DNA of 62,356 bases, the filler included. It is 10 parts of 10 records of this genome, joined end to end, with 100 filler letters (N's around TTAATTAATTAA, not from the genome) between each part and the next. Parts side by side here need not be neighbours in the genome. Positions count along the whole stretch, not along the records: positions 11,596 to 22,927 come from SRR7504441_3375; 9 more parts are not named here. One strand, written 5' to 3'. The notes under the pieces are model-generated. The model was not told the origin of the DNA. It made no database searches and saw nothing but the letters and a program-made list of their open reading frames with translations. The position numbers and the translations under genes are program-made. Shown one piece after another: positions 11,881 to 22,893 of the stretch (position 1 is the first letter of the stretch; every line of letters starts with the position of its first letter).

Positions 11881-12564
11881 CTATTGAGCGCTCCACAACA
11901 ACCGGTCAAATGCCCTCATCCGCACCCACTCGGGCCCGTATCGCAACTCGTCCCCCAGCCGCCCGAGCCCCGCCTCGGCAAGCTCCGGGCGCGCGCCTTC
12001 GTACCCCTCCCGCCACACCCGGCAGTACTCGCCATACGCCACCCCGGCCGCCAGACCCAGCGCCAGCCGCACTTTCGAGTCGAAGATCGGTACCGGCAGT
12101 CCGAGCATGTTCATGATCTTGCTCGCGGCCGATGGGTTCCGCCGGCCCAGCTCGGTGTGCATCACCTCGGTCAGACGCTCCACCAGCGCCAGCGCGGCCC
12201 CGGTGCATGGCTCGGCCTGAACCAGACCATCGATCTCCCCCAGATTCGCGCCGATGAACAGGGCAACCGGCCTGAGCTTGGCCTCGGCGGTGCCAGCCGA
12301 GAGGCCTGGAAAGCACCGGCTAACCCCGTAGGCACAGATGAACTGGTACAGCCCTGCGGCGCACCCGGCAGGGCCCTGGGTTGCGGACTGCCGGAGCCGC
12401 AGTGCGAGGCTCCGGTCCATGGCGATGAAGTGATCTTGGTAGCTGAGCATCGCTGCCCGGACTGCCTCGGGGCTCGCCGTTCGCGCCACCCGCCGCCGCT
12501 TGGGCTTGCGCGCTGTGCCCGTGGCCCCGGCGGGCGCTCGCTTGCCTGGTGGTGTGGAAGGCAT
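11881..12564 (-). CDS. Intronless bacterial-like alpha-helical (OGG/HhH DNA-glycosylase-fold) protein with an N-terminal NLS-like segment
   Basis: Pattern SAASKIMNMLGLPVPIFDSKVRLAL...YGEY...W...MRAFDRLLW; N-terminal RKPKRRR. Confidence 0.55.
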   Translation of the reverse strand: MPSTPPGKRAPAGATGTARKPKRRRVARTASPEAVRAAMLSYQDHFIAMDRSLALRLRQSATQGPAGCAAGLYQFICAYGVSRCFPGLSAGTAEAKLRPVALFIGANLGEIDGLVQAEPCTGAALALVERLTEVMHTELGRRNPSAASKIMNMLGLPVPIFDSKVRLALGLAAGVAYGEYCRVWREGYEGARPELAEAGLGRLGDELRYGPEWVRMRAFDRLLWSAQ

Positions 12565-12785
12565 GCGCCTGGAGCGGTCACCTGGACGTCAGCCGTTGTG
12601 CCGTTGTGAGCCGGGAGCGCGGCTGCAAGCTATGCCGCCTATGCGGGCCGCGCTGGCGATGGGGGCGTGGCCGGTCTGCTGTTCTGGACGCCCTGGCCCG
12701 CTGGTTGGTGTCTCTCGACACCCCAGTCCTCATAGCGCGTGGGCCGCAGCCTAGGGACCGTAATGTTTCAGTGTGCGATGCCGCC

Positions 12786-15650
12786 ATGCCGCCACGGGCC
12801 GATGAGGCCGAGGTGAAGAACTCGACCTCGAAATAGACGTCCAGCCCAGGGGCCGTCGGCACGCTCGGGTTGTCGATCAGCCGGAACTCCTTGGTCTGCG
12901 CGGCGGCTCGCGAGCGGCTGGGCGCAGGGCTGCACCTTGGGATGGCTGATCCGGATCCGGTGGGGAACCGAGTCCTGGTTTGTGACCGCTGGAACTGAGC
13001 GCCAGCCGGAGCGGGTGGTAGGTGGAATTCAATGGGAGCAAATTGGGCGAGTTCCAGGTACTGGCGCAACTCGAATTGGAACACCAGGAGGACAGAGCGC
13101 TCGAAATATCCGGTACTGTGGTCGAGCAGACGGTAGATGGCTGCGAGGCGGGGCTGATTCTGGCTGGCAGTGCGGGTAAGAAATCGAAACCCTGAACTGG
13201 CAATGAGCTACAAGATTGCCAAGGTGGCCAACTTCCGAATCGATCCCAAAGAAGGCACACTAGAACCTCTTGGTTCCAGGACGTTTGCAGTGACATACTA
13301 TCCTCAGCAGCTTGGCTCTTGTCACAATCGGTTAAATTTCATATTTGAGGGTGGAGCGCTGAAAGTGCCTCTGAAGGTCCAAGGGCACTGCATCCCAGAG
13401 ACCCATGCAGCCGGAACCACTCGGCGGGTGGTTGACCCCAAGCGCGTGGTGGCTGGCATTGACAAGACTGACGTAGATTTCAAACGCGAGCTCGACATTG
13501 TGCCGTCTGATTCAATTCCACTCAAGAACAAGAAGTTCAACTACCCAAACCCAGCACATCTGCAGACTTTATTCCTCCCAAGATTGAAATGCAGCCCAGT
13601 GAGCTGGATCTTGGCTGTCTCGCTGTTGGCGCAAGACACGAGTTCACATTTAATATTAAAAACACTGGCAAAGCTAACACCATCTTCCATCTGCAAGCCT
13701 CGTCTTCATTGTTGGATTTGAAGACAACGAAAGGCCTGATTCGGCCTGGTGCAAAGGCTGAAATCAATGGAACAGTGAAGCTGCTCGACACCAGTGTCAT
13801 AGACGAACAGGTCACAATCTTGCTCAGAGGAAGCAAGCCTGTCGTACTCAAAGTTACCGCGGAAGGTGCCCTTCCAAAAGTTGCTTTCGAGGAGGCTGAG
13901 TTTGATCTTGGCGATGTCACTGTTGGAGACTCTCATTATCTGCCCAAGACCACCATCGAATTCACAGGCCGGCTTGGCGAGCCGATTGTCAAGTCAATCG
14001 AGCTATCCAACTCATCAGCCTCACCAATACGCTACTCAGCTCGGTTGGACGGTTCTTCAGATTTCAGGCTCTTGCATGACGAAGTTCAGATCGAACCCAA
14101 GAGCAAGTTCCCCTGCACAATTGAGTTTGTGGGTAAGTTTTCACAAGAAGTCCAAGCTGAACTCTTCCTGATTCCGACGGCGTTTCTGCACCACCAAAGC
14201 CTGCAGAGAATGTCACGCTCCAGTGTAAGAAGGGCACTACTGCTAACAAGGAGATCACTATGCCCGTATTGAATCCTCAGAGGGAGGCAGCTTTAGCCTA
14301 CTTAAGCCAGCTCCAACTGAGCTCGATCAGATTCAATGCGAGATTGGTAAGCAGAGCTCTGTCAAATTTACCCAAGGCCACCTTGCCATACTCAAGTGCC
14401 GTGTAGGAGACAACGAAGTTCGTGCCCACTGATCCATAAGGCTCTAGCAAACCACTCCGCAGTCGTCCGCTCACGGCTCTTCTGCTGCGTCTCTGGTTGC
14501 AGATGTTTCACGGCTTTTTCTGCTTCCTTGGCGTCGAGCTGACATTGCTTGGTCAACAAGGAGAAGATGCAGTCAGTTTTGTATGGGTTTGCAATCGAAA
14601 TCATCTGAGTCACCGGCTCGTATGTGCATGACTCAATCGAGTAGTGCTGGCTCGGTTTGATCTCTGAGATTGATGATTTCAAATTGAAAACCAACGGCGA
14701 TCCAACTGCTCCACCGTCACGTTCGAACAAGCACTGTGAATTCACCGGCGGTTTCATCCATGAGCTGCAATTCACATTGAAAGAGACCTGGTGAGAATGG
14801 CAAGAAGGTAAGTTCAACGTCGACGCTGCTTGCAGCCTTGATAGGAATCTCAACCTGCTGGATGTGGAAAAATTCAGATATTGCTTCGTCTGGTAAGAAT
14901 TCTAGAGGCTCTTCCTTTTTCGAGGCCTTTCTCTTGCCTTTCTTCTTCTCGTCTGCCGATGGCTGGGGCTGAGAAGAGATTCGTAGGTTTAAACCTAATC
15001 GGAATCTGGATTGTTTGATGCTCAAACAGCTGCAATTGCTTGGTACCAGTTGACGAGCCCCCCATTAGTCTAAACGACTCACTTGTGCTATCCACCGCCT
15101 CCAATGAGACTGTTACATTTACTTTATGCTCAAATGGGTTGCGCAGGACCACAGGGTCGGAGACCTCCCGTCCCAGAGGTGCATAGAACATTGTCGATGC
15201 CATCTGCGTCGGAGGTTGTCCAACGCCACAGAGCGCAAATTCCCAGTCTGCCACCTTGGGATGCCGCAGCACTAAATTGGACTTCTGTTGCTGGTCCACT
15301 GTGGATGCAGTGTAAACTACTTCTAAGTCAAGTCGAGCATACGGTCCCATCACCAGTGGGCTGTCTTCGACAAGCACAAAGTTAGTGGGATTTGAATTGG
15401 TGCTGCGCAGCGTGATACTTTCACCAATTGGGTTTTCGATGGTAGGCTCGTCATCCTCACGGATGATATGCAATGGACGTACGAGGTTCGAGGCACACTG
15501 CCTCAATACCACGTTCCTGAGGGATTTGTCAAAGTAGCCACACATCTCTCGGACGAAGTGGAAGGGGAACTAACTAGGATCCATACTAGGCATCCGAAAA
15601 ATCACTTAAAAGATCAAGCAAAGCGGCCTCTCAAGCGAGGTGGCCGATGA
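12786..15650 (+). other. CFAP47: Scrambled/rearranged CFAP47-like locus: about 13 coding blocks on both strands, out of order, with internal parts missing
   Basis: CFAP47-like peptides: RIRISHPK|TKEFRL..APGLDV (-), ISGTVVEQT, KVANFRIDPKEG..PQQLG, ILLRGSKPV, YLPKTTIEF, STNSNPTNF (-), FLPFSPG (-), YTALEYGK (-) and LVILTDDMQWTYEVRG. Confidence 0.85.
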
Positions 15651-15883
15651 GCGTTTGCCAAAAAAAATAATCCACTTCGAGACCAACTTAGTAGCACTAA
15701 TAAACTCATTCTAAGATTCCCAATTTGGCAATTTATCACGACGTGGCGACTTCGGGATCGGACCATATAGAACAACGTCCACGCGTCTGCACTGATACTG
15801 TGTTATTACTGTGTTAATTAAAATTATCACCTATCACCTATATAATTAGAGAATTATCACCTATCACGGATCACGTGCTGACT

Positions 15884-18548
15884 CTACGCCGACTCTGCCA
15901 AAGTCAGAACAACGTCGATGTCGTACTTGCTTATGACTCCTGTCAGTGCAACCCGCGCAGATGTGCAAGTTTTTGCAACCTCCTTTTTGACCTCATCTGA
16001 TTGAGCATGTTGTAAAAGTTTAGCCTCAGCCTCATCGATGCTCGTATTAATTGTTGCCACACACATTGGGAACCAACGAAGCATTTTGCCCAGATCCGAG
16101 ACACACACTGCCACCATCTTGTTGAGGTTGTCATTTATCTTGGCAATCGCCAGCTGGAGTTTTGCATTCACCGCCGGCCCTTTCTCTTTCTTTTTGGGGG
16201 CATTCAAGAAAGCTATGGCTAGTGCAGACAGACCAGAGCTGACTGTGGCAGAGACCGCGCCAAATGCATTGGCAGACTTCATTAGCAGCAGCAGAATGCC
16301 CACCAGTATGGTGATTGCAGCAAGCAGCGACACCAAAGCGCCAACAATTGTCCACGTTGAGTATCCATTGTCGGACAGTGATTTACCGAGTGCATGTTCG
16401 AATGCAGATCTGACCAGAAGCACACTCTTCTGGATCTTTGTAGTCTTGAACCGCTTGAACTCCGCAATAGCGATCGCCCCATCACCGTTCACATCAAATT
16501 CTGCCCACTCATCGTCATCAACTGGTCCCATCTTCTTCTCGAACTCATCACGCTGCAGCAGTGCTCCATCAGCGCTAGCATCGCCCACCTTCGAGAACTC
16601 TGGGAGCATCTGAGTGTGCAAGGCGTCTCCCATTTTTTCGGTGGCACCAAGCAATCTTAAGCCTACTAGCTGTGACATGAGGTTGTCGTGTATCGTGTCC
16701 ATCAGCACCTGAGAACACAGCGGTCATGGCTTGTTAGGACACGAGGGCACCCGGTGATGGGAGACTTGCTGTTTGACGTTAGCCACGACGCTGCTGACCC
16801 TCATAAAGTTGGTGTACACAGCATATATGGTCGCGGTGATTGCCGTGAAGCTGAACATGTTGGTGAAGAAGTGCAGAACTAGACCCATCGCAGCGGACAG
16901 CAAGAAGCAAGCAGCGATTACCATGGTTAGCCAGGCCTGCCAACCAGTCAGCAGTGGCGACCGGTAGCGAAGTCACATGGAGAAGGAGGATGTCGCTGCA
17001 TACTCGAAACTTGATGAAGATAAGTACAAATAGCCGGTTGCGAGTGATCAGATGTAATCCAGGGATCAGCATGCCATCGAATTCAGTTCCAACATAGTGT
17101 ATCGCGAGGCAGCCCATTAGTAATATATATAATTTGTAGTTGAGGAGGACGGAAAAGTGGAAGAGCGAGTACAGCGCGTCTGATGCGAATAGCCCAAAGC
17201 TCATTCCATTCGTGCCAAACAGAAATAGCCCATTGATGAACTGAATATGCAAAAGTTGAAGAGCAGCCATCGTTGTCACAGTGAGCACGAACACGTGGAT
17301 CAGAACATTTTGTGTGCGAGAGAGCAGTTGGTCTGACATGAGTTGTGTGTCGGAGATGCTCGAGCCAGCAGTGCTCGAAGAAATCATGTGCAATATGCCC
17401 TGCTCCTCCTTGATCCGGCTCATCAGCTCATTATCGATCTCCGCTTTGAGCTGTGCAATGTCGCTGTGCTCAGTCAGCCGGCCTGGCTGCTCAAACTTGC
17501 GGGCCATGAGCTCATCGTACCACTCGCTGTGTTTTGAATCGTGAAGGAACAGGCCTTGCAGCACGTAGTTGTTGAGGTGCTCTCTGTAGCCGCGCTCAAG
17601 CGCCATTTGCAGCATAAAGGTGAATACAGTGGCCAGCAGCAGCACTGTTATGGCCACAAGCACCAGCAAGGACCGGATCTTCCGCTCGAGGTAGCTCAGC
17701 GGCTTCTCGACTAGTGAGAATTCTCCGTGCATGTCCACCTTCAACTTCCAACACCGCGATCGTCCAGCATTCGTGTACATAAAGAACCCATCTTTGAGCA
17801 CCCCGGTCTTCCGAGACTCCAGATCAAACTGCGAGCCGATCAGCTGGCCGAGGCAGGCGGTCATGTCTCCGCCCTGGCCTGGCTTCTGGGAGCACTCTGG
17901 AGAGCCAGCTTCAAGCTCCGACTCAAACGGTGCGCTTACCCAGACCGGGTCCAGAATCGAGCCCGAGATGGCATGCAGCAGCGCGGTGGGAAGCGTGGCG
18001 TACAGTACGCCGTGCGACCAAATCCACTGGCCTTGCTCTCCCCCAAACCAGCGCGTGTCCTTTGAGAAGACCAGGAAAGCGAGGTCTGGCAGTACTGGCG
18101 GCGACTGGCCCTCCTTATCCGCCGCAGCCGCCGGCGCGAAGGCGGTTTTGAAGCTGGTTACTCGATTGAGGTGCCGGGAGGCTCCGAGGTGGTCGAACTC
18201 CCGTCCCGAGTCTGCCCGGCCGAACAGGGCGTAACGGTGCAGCCCGCCCAGCACCGCCATCCCGAGCGCCAGCACCAACGCCGCCTGGAACAGGGCACAT
18301 ACCCGCCGCAGAAGCAGCGCCCGGCGCGCCCGGCTGGCCGACTCATCGGAGGGGGCGGGGCCAGCGCCGGCGAGCTCGGGGCCAGCGCCGGCGAGCTCGA
18401 TGGCGGTAGTCCCTGGTGGCGACTGGAGGGGCCGCTGCTCCTCGAACTGGAACGGCGACTCGGGTGGGCTGTCCATCGTGCCGTACGAGGGCTGCTCACT
18501 CCTCATGGCGGCCTGGACCGCCTTGCGCGCCGACTCGGTGCCTGCCAT
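15884..18548 (-). CDS. Multi-pass membrane protein with an EF-hand pair, about 2 introns
   Basis: ORFs 16779-18713 and 15884-16708 join through short introns. Many hydrophobic helices and the EF-hand loop DVNGDGAIAIAEF. Likely start MAGTES at 18548. Confidence 0.65.
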
Positions 18549-18625
18549 GGTCGCCTGCAGTTGCCAGCATAACGGCTTGTTCGGTGTCGCCTGTCGGAGG
18601 GCGGCGAACGGTTGCTGGGGCTGGG

Positions 18626-21264
18626 ATGAAGGCGGTGGTGGTGGGAGACCGCCAGACTGGTGGGTCTGCCCGCTCGGCGCCGCTGACCGGTCCGCAGGCA
18701 AGAGCACGCTCATCCGCAGGCTCGCCGGGGCTGAGGGCTCGAAAACCGAGTGCGGTGCGCGCCTGCGACTGGCTTCCCGCCGAACGGGCGGCAGGCCGTG
18801 CCGAGGTCACGCCAATGTCGCTCGGGGATGCTGGCGCGGCCAGCTCTGTGCGTGGCCTGGCCTCGCCGCCCTGCGAGCGACGGTAGGTGCACCTGTGGGA
18901 GTTCGCAGTCGACTCACCGCCTGAGCTGTACGCCGATGCCGAGCTAGCGCTGCTAGTGTACGACGTGACCAGCATGGGCTCGTTCGAACTGGCCACCACC
19001 ACAGCCATCGCGCGCCTCGGCGGGTGGCAGCTGCGGCCTCGCCGCTGGGGAGCCCGGGGGTACAGGCCTAAGTCTGTGCTGCTGGTGGGGCTGAAGAGCG
19101 ACCAGGCCGCCAACCGGGCAGTGACAATCGCGCAAGCGCACACGTGGGCGGTGTCGAACCGGTGCGGCCCTGCTCGACGGACCGGTCTGAGAGGGTGCAG
19201 CGTGCGGCTGGTGGAGGTGTCGGCGCACTCTGGGCAAAACCTCGATCAACTGCACCGTCTCGTGGCACTGAGCCACGCCGCCAGCGCGAGGGACACTGCG
19301 CACAAGCAGCCTGCAGTGCAGCCGAGCGCTAACAAGATCCAGCTCCCGATCTTCATGCAATCGCTCGGCGGTAACCAGTCCACCTCGGGTGTCCCCACGT
19401 CACAGCCGGCGCCGAGCCTCGCGACAGGTCAGCACGAGCAGGAGTGGTCTGCCGTTGAAGCCACGGCTGCCTCGTCTTCATTTGCGTGAGTGCTATTGCT
19501 AGTGCAAGCCCACCGAGCTTGGCCGCTGCAGGATGGTGGACGACAAGACGACCATGGAGTACCTGGACGCGCTGTGCGGGATCCCGAAGGCCCAAGCCTC
19601 GATCCGAGTCGCAGCCCAGCGATCTCAGCGGTCACCTACCCAGTCCTGGGCCACGTCAAGTTGGGTCGGAGAATCGGATCAGCTCTGGTCGCAACTGGCT
19701 CCCCCGTCCCAGCAGCTCAGCCTCAGTCCGAGGTTAGTGTTGTTGCGGTCACTCAGCAAGCAGGGGAACAGGCCGCAGACAACCCGCAACTACGAGCATG
19801 CGGCGAGCTTCGGCCTGGAGATAGCGAGTGCCATGCCTGAGACGCCCCCGCCGGAGTTCAAGGTGCTGCCGCTGGCCGCTGAGTCTGGCTCACAGCCGGT
19901 GTGCCAGGCCGAAGTATCAGCAAGCTCCTCATCAAAGCAGTCGCTGCAGAGGCACTGGGGCCCGGCCACTGCGCGACCAGGCCAGCACTCCGGTGGTTGA
20001 CTCTCTATGGCTGCAGCCTGACCAAGCTGCAGGCAAGAGCAGGAAGGTCGAGTCGCACGTGGCAGCCAGCTCACCGGGGCTGCCGCCCACAGTCAACGGC
20101 GACCTGCAGGTTCGCTATGCACGATCAGCTGCACCTGATGTGTGTGTCAGAGGCTGATTGGCCTCTCTGGCATGCCAGTGGTCACCCAGTCTAAACGGGT
20201 GATTCTGCATTTGGAGCTGGACATAGGGGACGGGCGAGTGGAAAGGATCGATGTAAGAGAGGGCGACAAGCCTGCTGTGAGCTCGCCGGCCTGTGTGGGC
20301 TTGACTGGCATCCGATAGGTGCTGGCGGAGGCATTCGTGCAGCTGCACGCACTAGCTCCGGCCATCATCCCTCGGCTGGCATCGTTCATAGATCAGCGCA
20401 CTGCAGCGGTCGCTTGAATCGCTGCAACTAGCTGTTGACCGCGTGGAGGTCAGGTCCAACAGGAGAGCAGTGCCAGTGCTAGCAGCAGCAAACCCCGGCC
20501 GCACACGAGCCGGGCGCCATCGGCACCCCGTACACACAAGTCGCCGCGGCGATCCGTCCAGCCGTTCCGGCTGGAGACGAGTCAGCGAGCAGAGGGCAGC
20601 AGAAGGCAGCCGCTCTGTCATTGTTGCTGGCCAACGAGTGTTTTCAGGTCTGCTATAGCACTCCTGAAATTACATATCCAGATCAGCCACGGTAGATCTG
20701 GCACAATTATTGTCCGCAAGGTGCTTTGGCCAGTGTTTCCAAGCTCCTAAGCTGTTTGGCTGTCCCAGGGCGACGACCCAAAGCAGCTCGCGCAGGCGTT
20801 TGTAGACACATTCAAATTGAACCATTCAATGGTCAGAACGATCTACGAGAAGATCAACGAGCAACTCAAGCTGCTCCAGCCGGTGTCCGCAGCACCACCC
20901 GCTAGGCCCTCATCTGTGCTGCAGAAAGTCCAGCTGCCAAAGCTCGATTTATCGCAGCTCGAGCCCAAACAGCCTGCGTCCAGCTCAGTGAACCTGTCTC
21001 CCATCACACCAAAGCCTCTGCGCGAGATCCTGTTCAATCTTGATATCGACCTCGGGGCTCAAGGCGCAGGCCGGCTGGTGGTGAGGCGAGGGGACAATCC
21101 GGGTGCGTGCTCACACCGACCGGTCTTGAACGGTTGCGGTGTGTGCAGAGGCTTTGGCGCAGGCGTTTGTACAGCAGCACAACCTGCACCCGGACGTGAA
21201 ATCTAAACTCACCCAGCTCATAACTGAGCACACTGACACCATGGCCGCATCAACACCGCGCTAG
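18626..21264 (+). CDS. Divergent Ras/Rab-like GTPase domain + long low-complexity linker + two C-terminal repeated domains, multi-intron
   Basis: MKAVVVGDRQT|GKST P-loop split by an intron, then VHLWE, LLVYDVTS, LLVGLKSD and VEVSA. Two repeats of the form IIVRK|GDDPKQLAQAFV and LVVRRGDNP|EALAQAFV. Confidence 0.7.
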
Positions 21265-21638
21265 ACATTAGCTAGATACGTATTCGTTTGTACTACATAT
21301 ATGTCTTAAACTGACCAAAGTCACCAAACTATACTGATGTACGAAATCCGGTACATGTACAATAACTGTAACAAACACGATGATCCCGCAGCGTACATGT
21401 ACGCCATCACCAGCTGGCGCTCGGTCGGAGTCCACTTGTGTTTGCCACCTACCAGCCGGCCATCTGCTTGCCCGGCAGTAGCCCGGCAGGCGGCTCACCA
21501 TTGAATAGTGACCGCTCCATTAGAGCCGCCCCGGGCCCTCGGTCAGTGAAGAGGTCTCGCGCAGTCACATAGGTCTAATTTTGGTCGCACTCGTCTCCGG
21601 GGCTGCAAGGAGGGCGCTGCTGCACAGTGCACTGCGTG

Positions 21639-22120
21639 ATGGCGCCGAAGAAGGACAAGGGGGAGGAGGAGGAGGAGGAAGTGTGGCGGCCGTTTGCGAA
21701 CGACCCCGACATGATGCTCAGAGAGCCGGTGCAGGTCGCCTCGACCCCCCGGGGCCCCCGGCGACCGGCGGGGCCAGATGGGGTTCAAGACCATCCAAGC
21801 CGTGGCCAGCGCACACGCCACCGCCTGGCAGAACCACGCCAACGCCCAGGGCGAGATCGACTTCGACGCCAAGGGCCAGCAGATCGTCTCCGACATCCGC
21901 AAGGCCCCCCGCCCCCCCGGGGTCGGCGCGAGCTGTCGACAGGCGCTGGAGGAACAGTTTGAACCGACTTGGCACGTGGTGGCCGGCCGGAACTACGGGA
22001 CCGCCGTGACTTACCAGTCCAATCAGTTTCTCTACTTTTCGAAGCACCAGGTTGGCCGCCAGCGCTGTCCGGCCCGACCGGGCGGGCCAGATTCACTTTT
22101 TGGTTATGAAGACGGTGTGA
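21639..22120 (+). CDS. Dynein light chain LC8-family protein, 3 introns (one GC-AG, 21904-21942)
   Basis: SDIRK|ALEEQFEPTWHVVAGRNYGTAVTY...FLYF...|IHFLVMKTV*. Confidence 0.85.
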
Positions 22121-22414
22121 GGGGGGCGGGCGGCGGCGGCGCAGTCTTGGGCTGGTGGCGGCGCGGCGGATCGAGCTCTCGCGACAACCAGTCGCCGGGC
22201 TCCGGGGAAGTGGGTCGATGATTAGAGCTTCGGCTAGGGCAAAGAGAGCGTTGTTAGTTCGAAACGCTCTTTTGCGAGCGTTCAATAATGGGCACATCTA
22301 GATGGCCTGGACAAACACTGGTATTTAAATAATGTACACAACTTATCAGCCCGTCGTAGCAAGCAGAATGCAGTCTACCCAAAGCCTTTGTCAGGCTACT
22401 GTACGTACTTGACT

Positions 22415-22893
22415 TCATCGGGCAGGCAGGTCGTCGAAGTATGCGTGCTCGAGCCCCTGCTGGGCCGTGACCCTGCGAGCGGGCTCGTACTTGATCATCT
22501 GAGTCAGCAGGTCCAGTCCGACCGGATCCAGACCTAACGGAGCCAAGCTCTGGCCCTGGCAACTACTGAGTGCCTCGCCACGCTGCGCACAAAGCTGGTC
22601 ACATGCGGAAGGCTCTGCCGCACCTTGAACGAAGGCGTCTCTATGATGGAGGGCCAGCTGTCGCGGGTCGGGGTGCCGAGTATCTGGGTCGGCCGCTCAG
22701 TCAGCCGGCTCTGGCTTCCAAGGCACCCGGACAATCTTGTGCAGCTGGTCCTTGTCTGAGCTACCTGGGAACAGCGGCTGGCCGGTGGTCATCTCGGCGA
22801 AGATGCAGCCGCAGCTCCAGAGGTCGAGCGGGGTCGAGTATCTAGTCGACTCCATCAGCACCTCCGGCGCCCGGTACCACAAGGTGACCACCT
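22415..22893 (-). CDS. Cyclin-dependent kinase, C-terminal half (5'-truncated by the contig end)
   Basis: [34 protein letters not shown] and [13 protein letters not shown]; stop at 22415-22417. Confidence 0.92.

Noticed and set aside
12786-15650. A shared recombinase recognition motif at the CFAP47 junctions
   Set aside because: The junctions that can be reconstructed (blunt CC^CG and TT^GA; TACC pointer; possible CCGG) share no consensus, so a single-site shufflon model is not supported.
15822-15875. Short duplicated aattatcacctatcac unit downstream of the CFAP47 locus as a recombination signal or CRISPR repeat
   Set aside because: There are only two copies, in an AT-rich convergent 3' region, with no spacers and no match to the CFAP47 junction sequences.
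18335-18400. Tandem 21-nt repeat (gggccagcgccggcgagctc) in the membrane-protein gene
   Set aside because: It is an in-frame coding duplication (ELAGAGP x2) in a disordered region and unremarkable.
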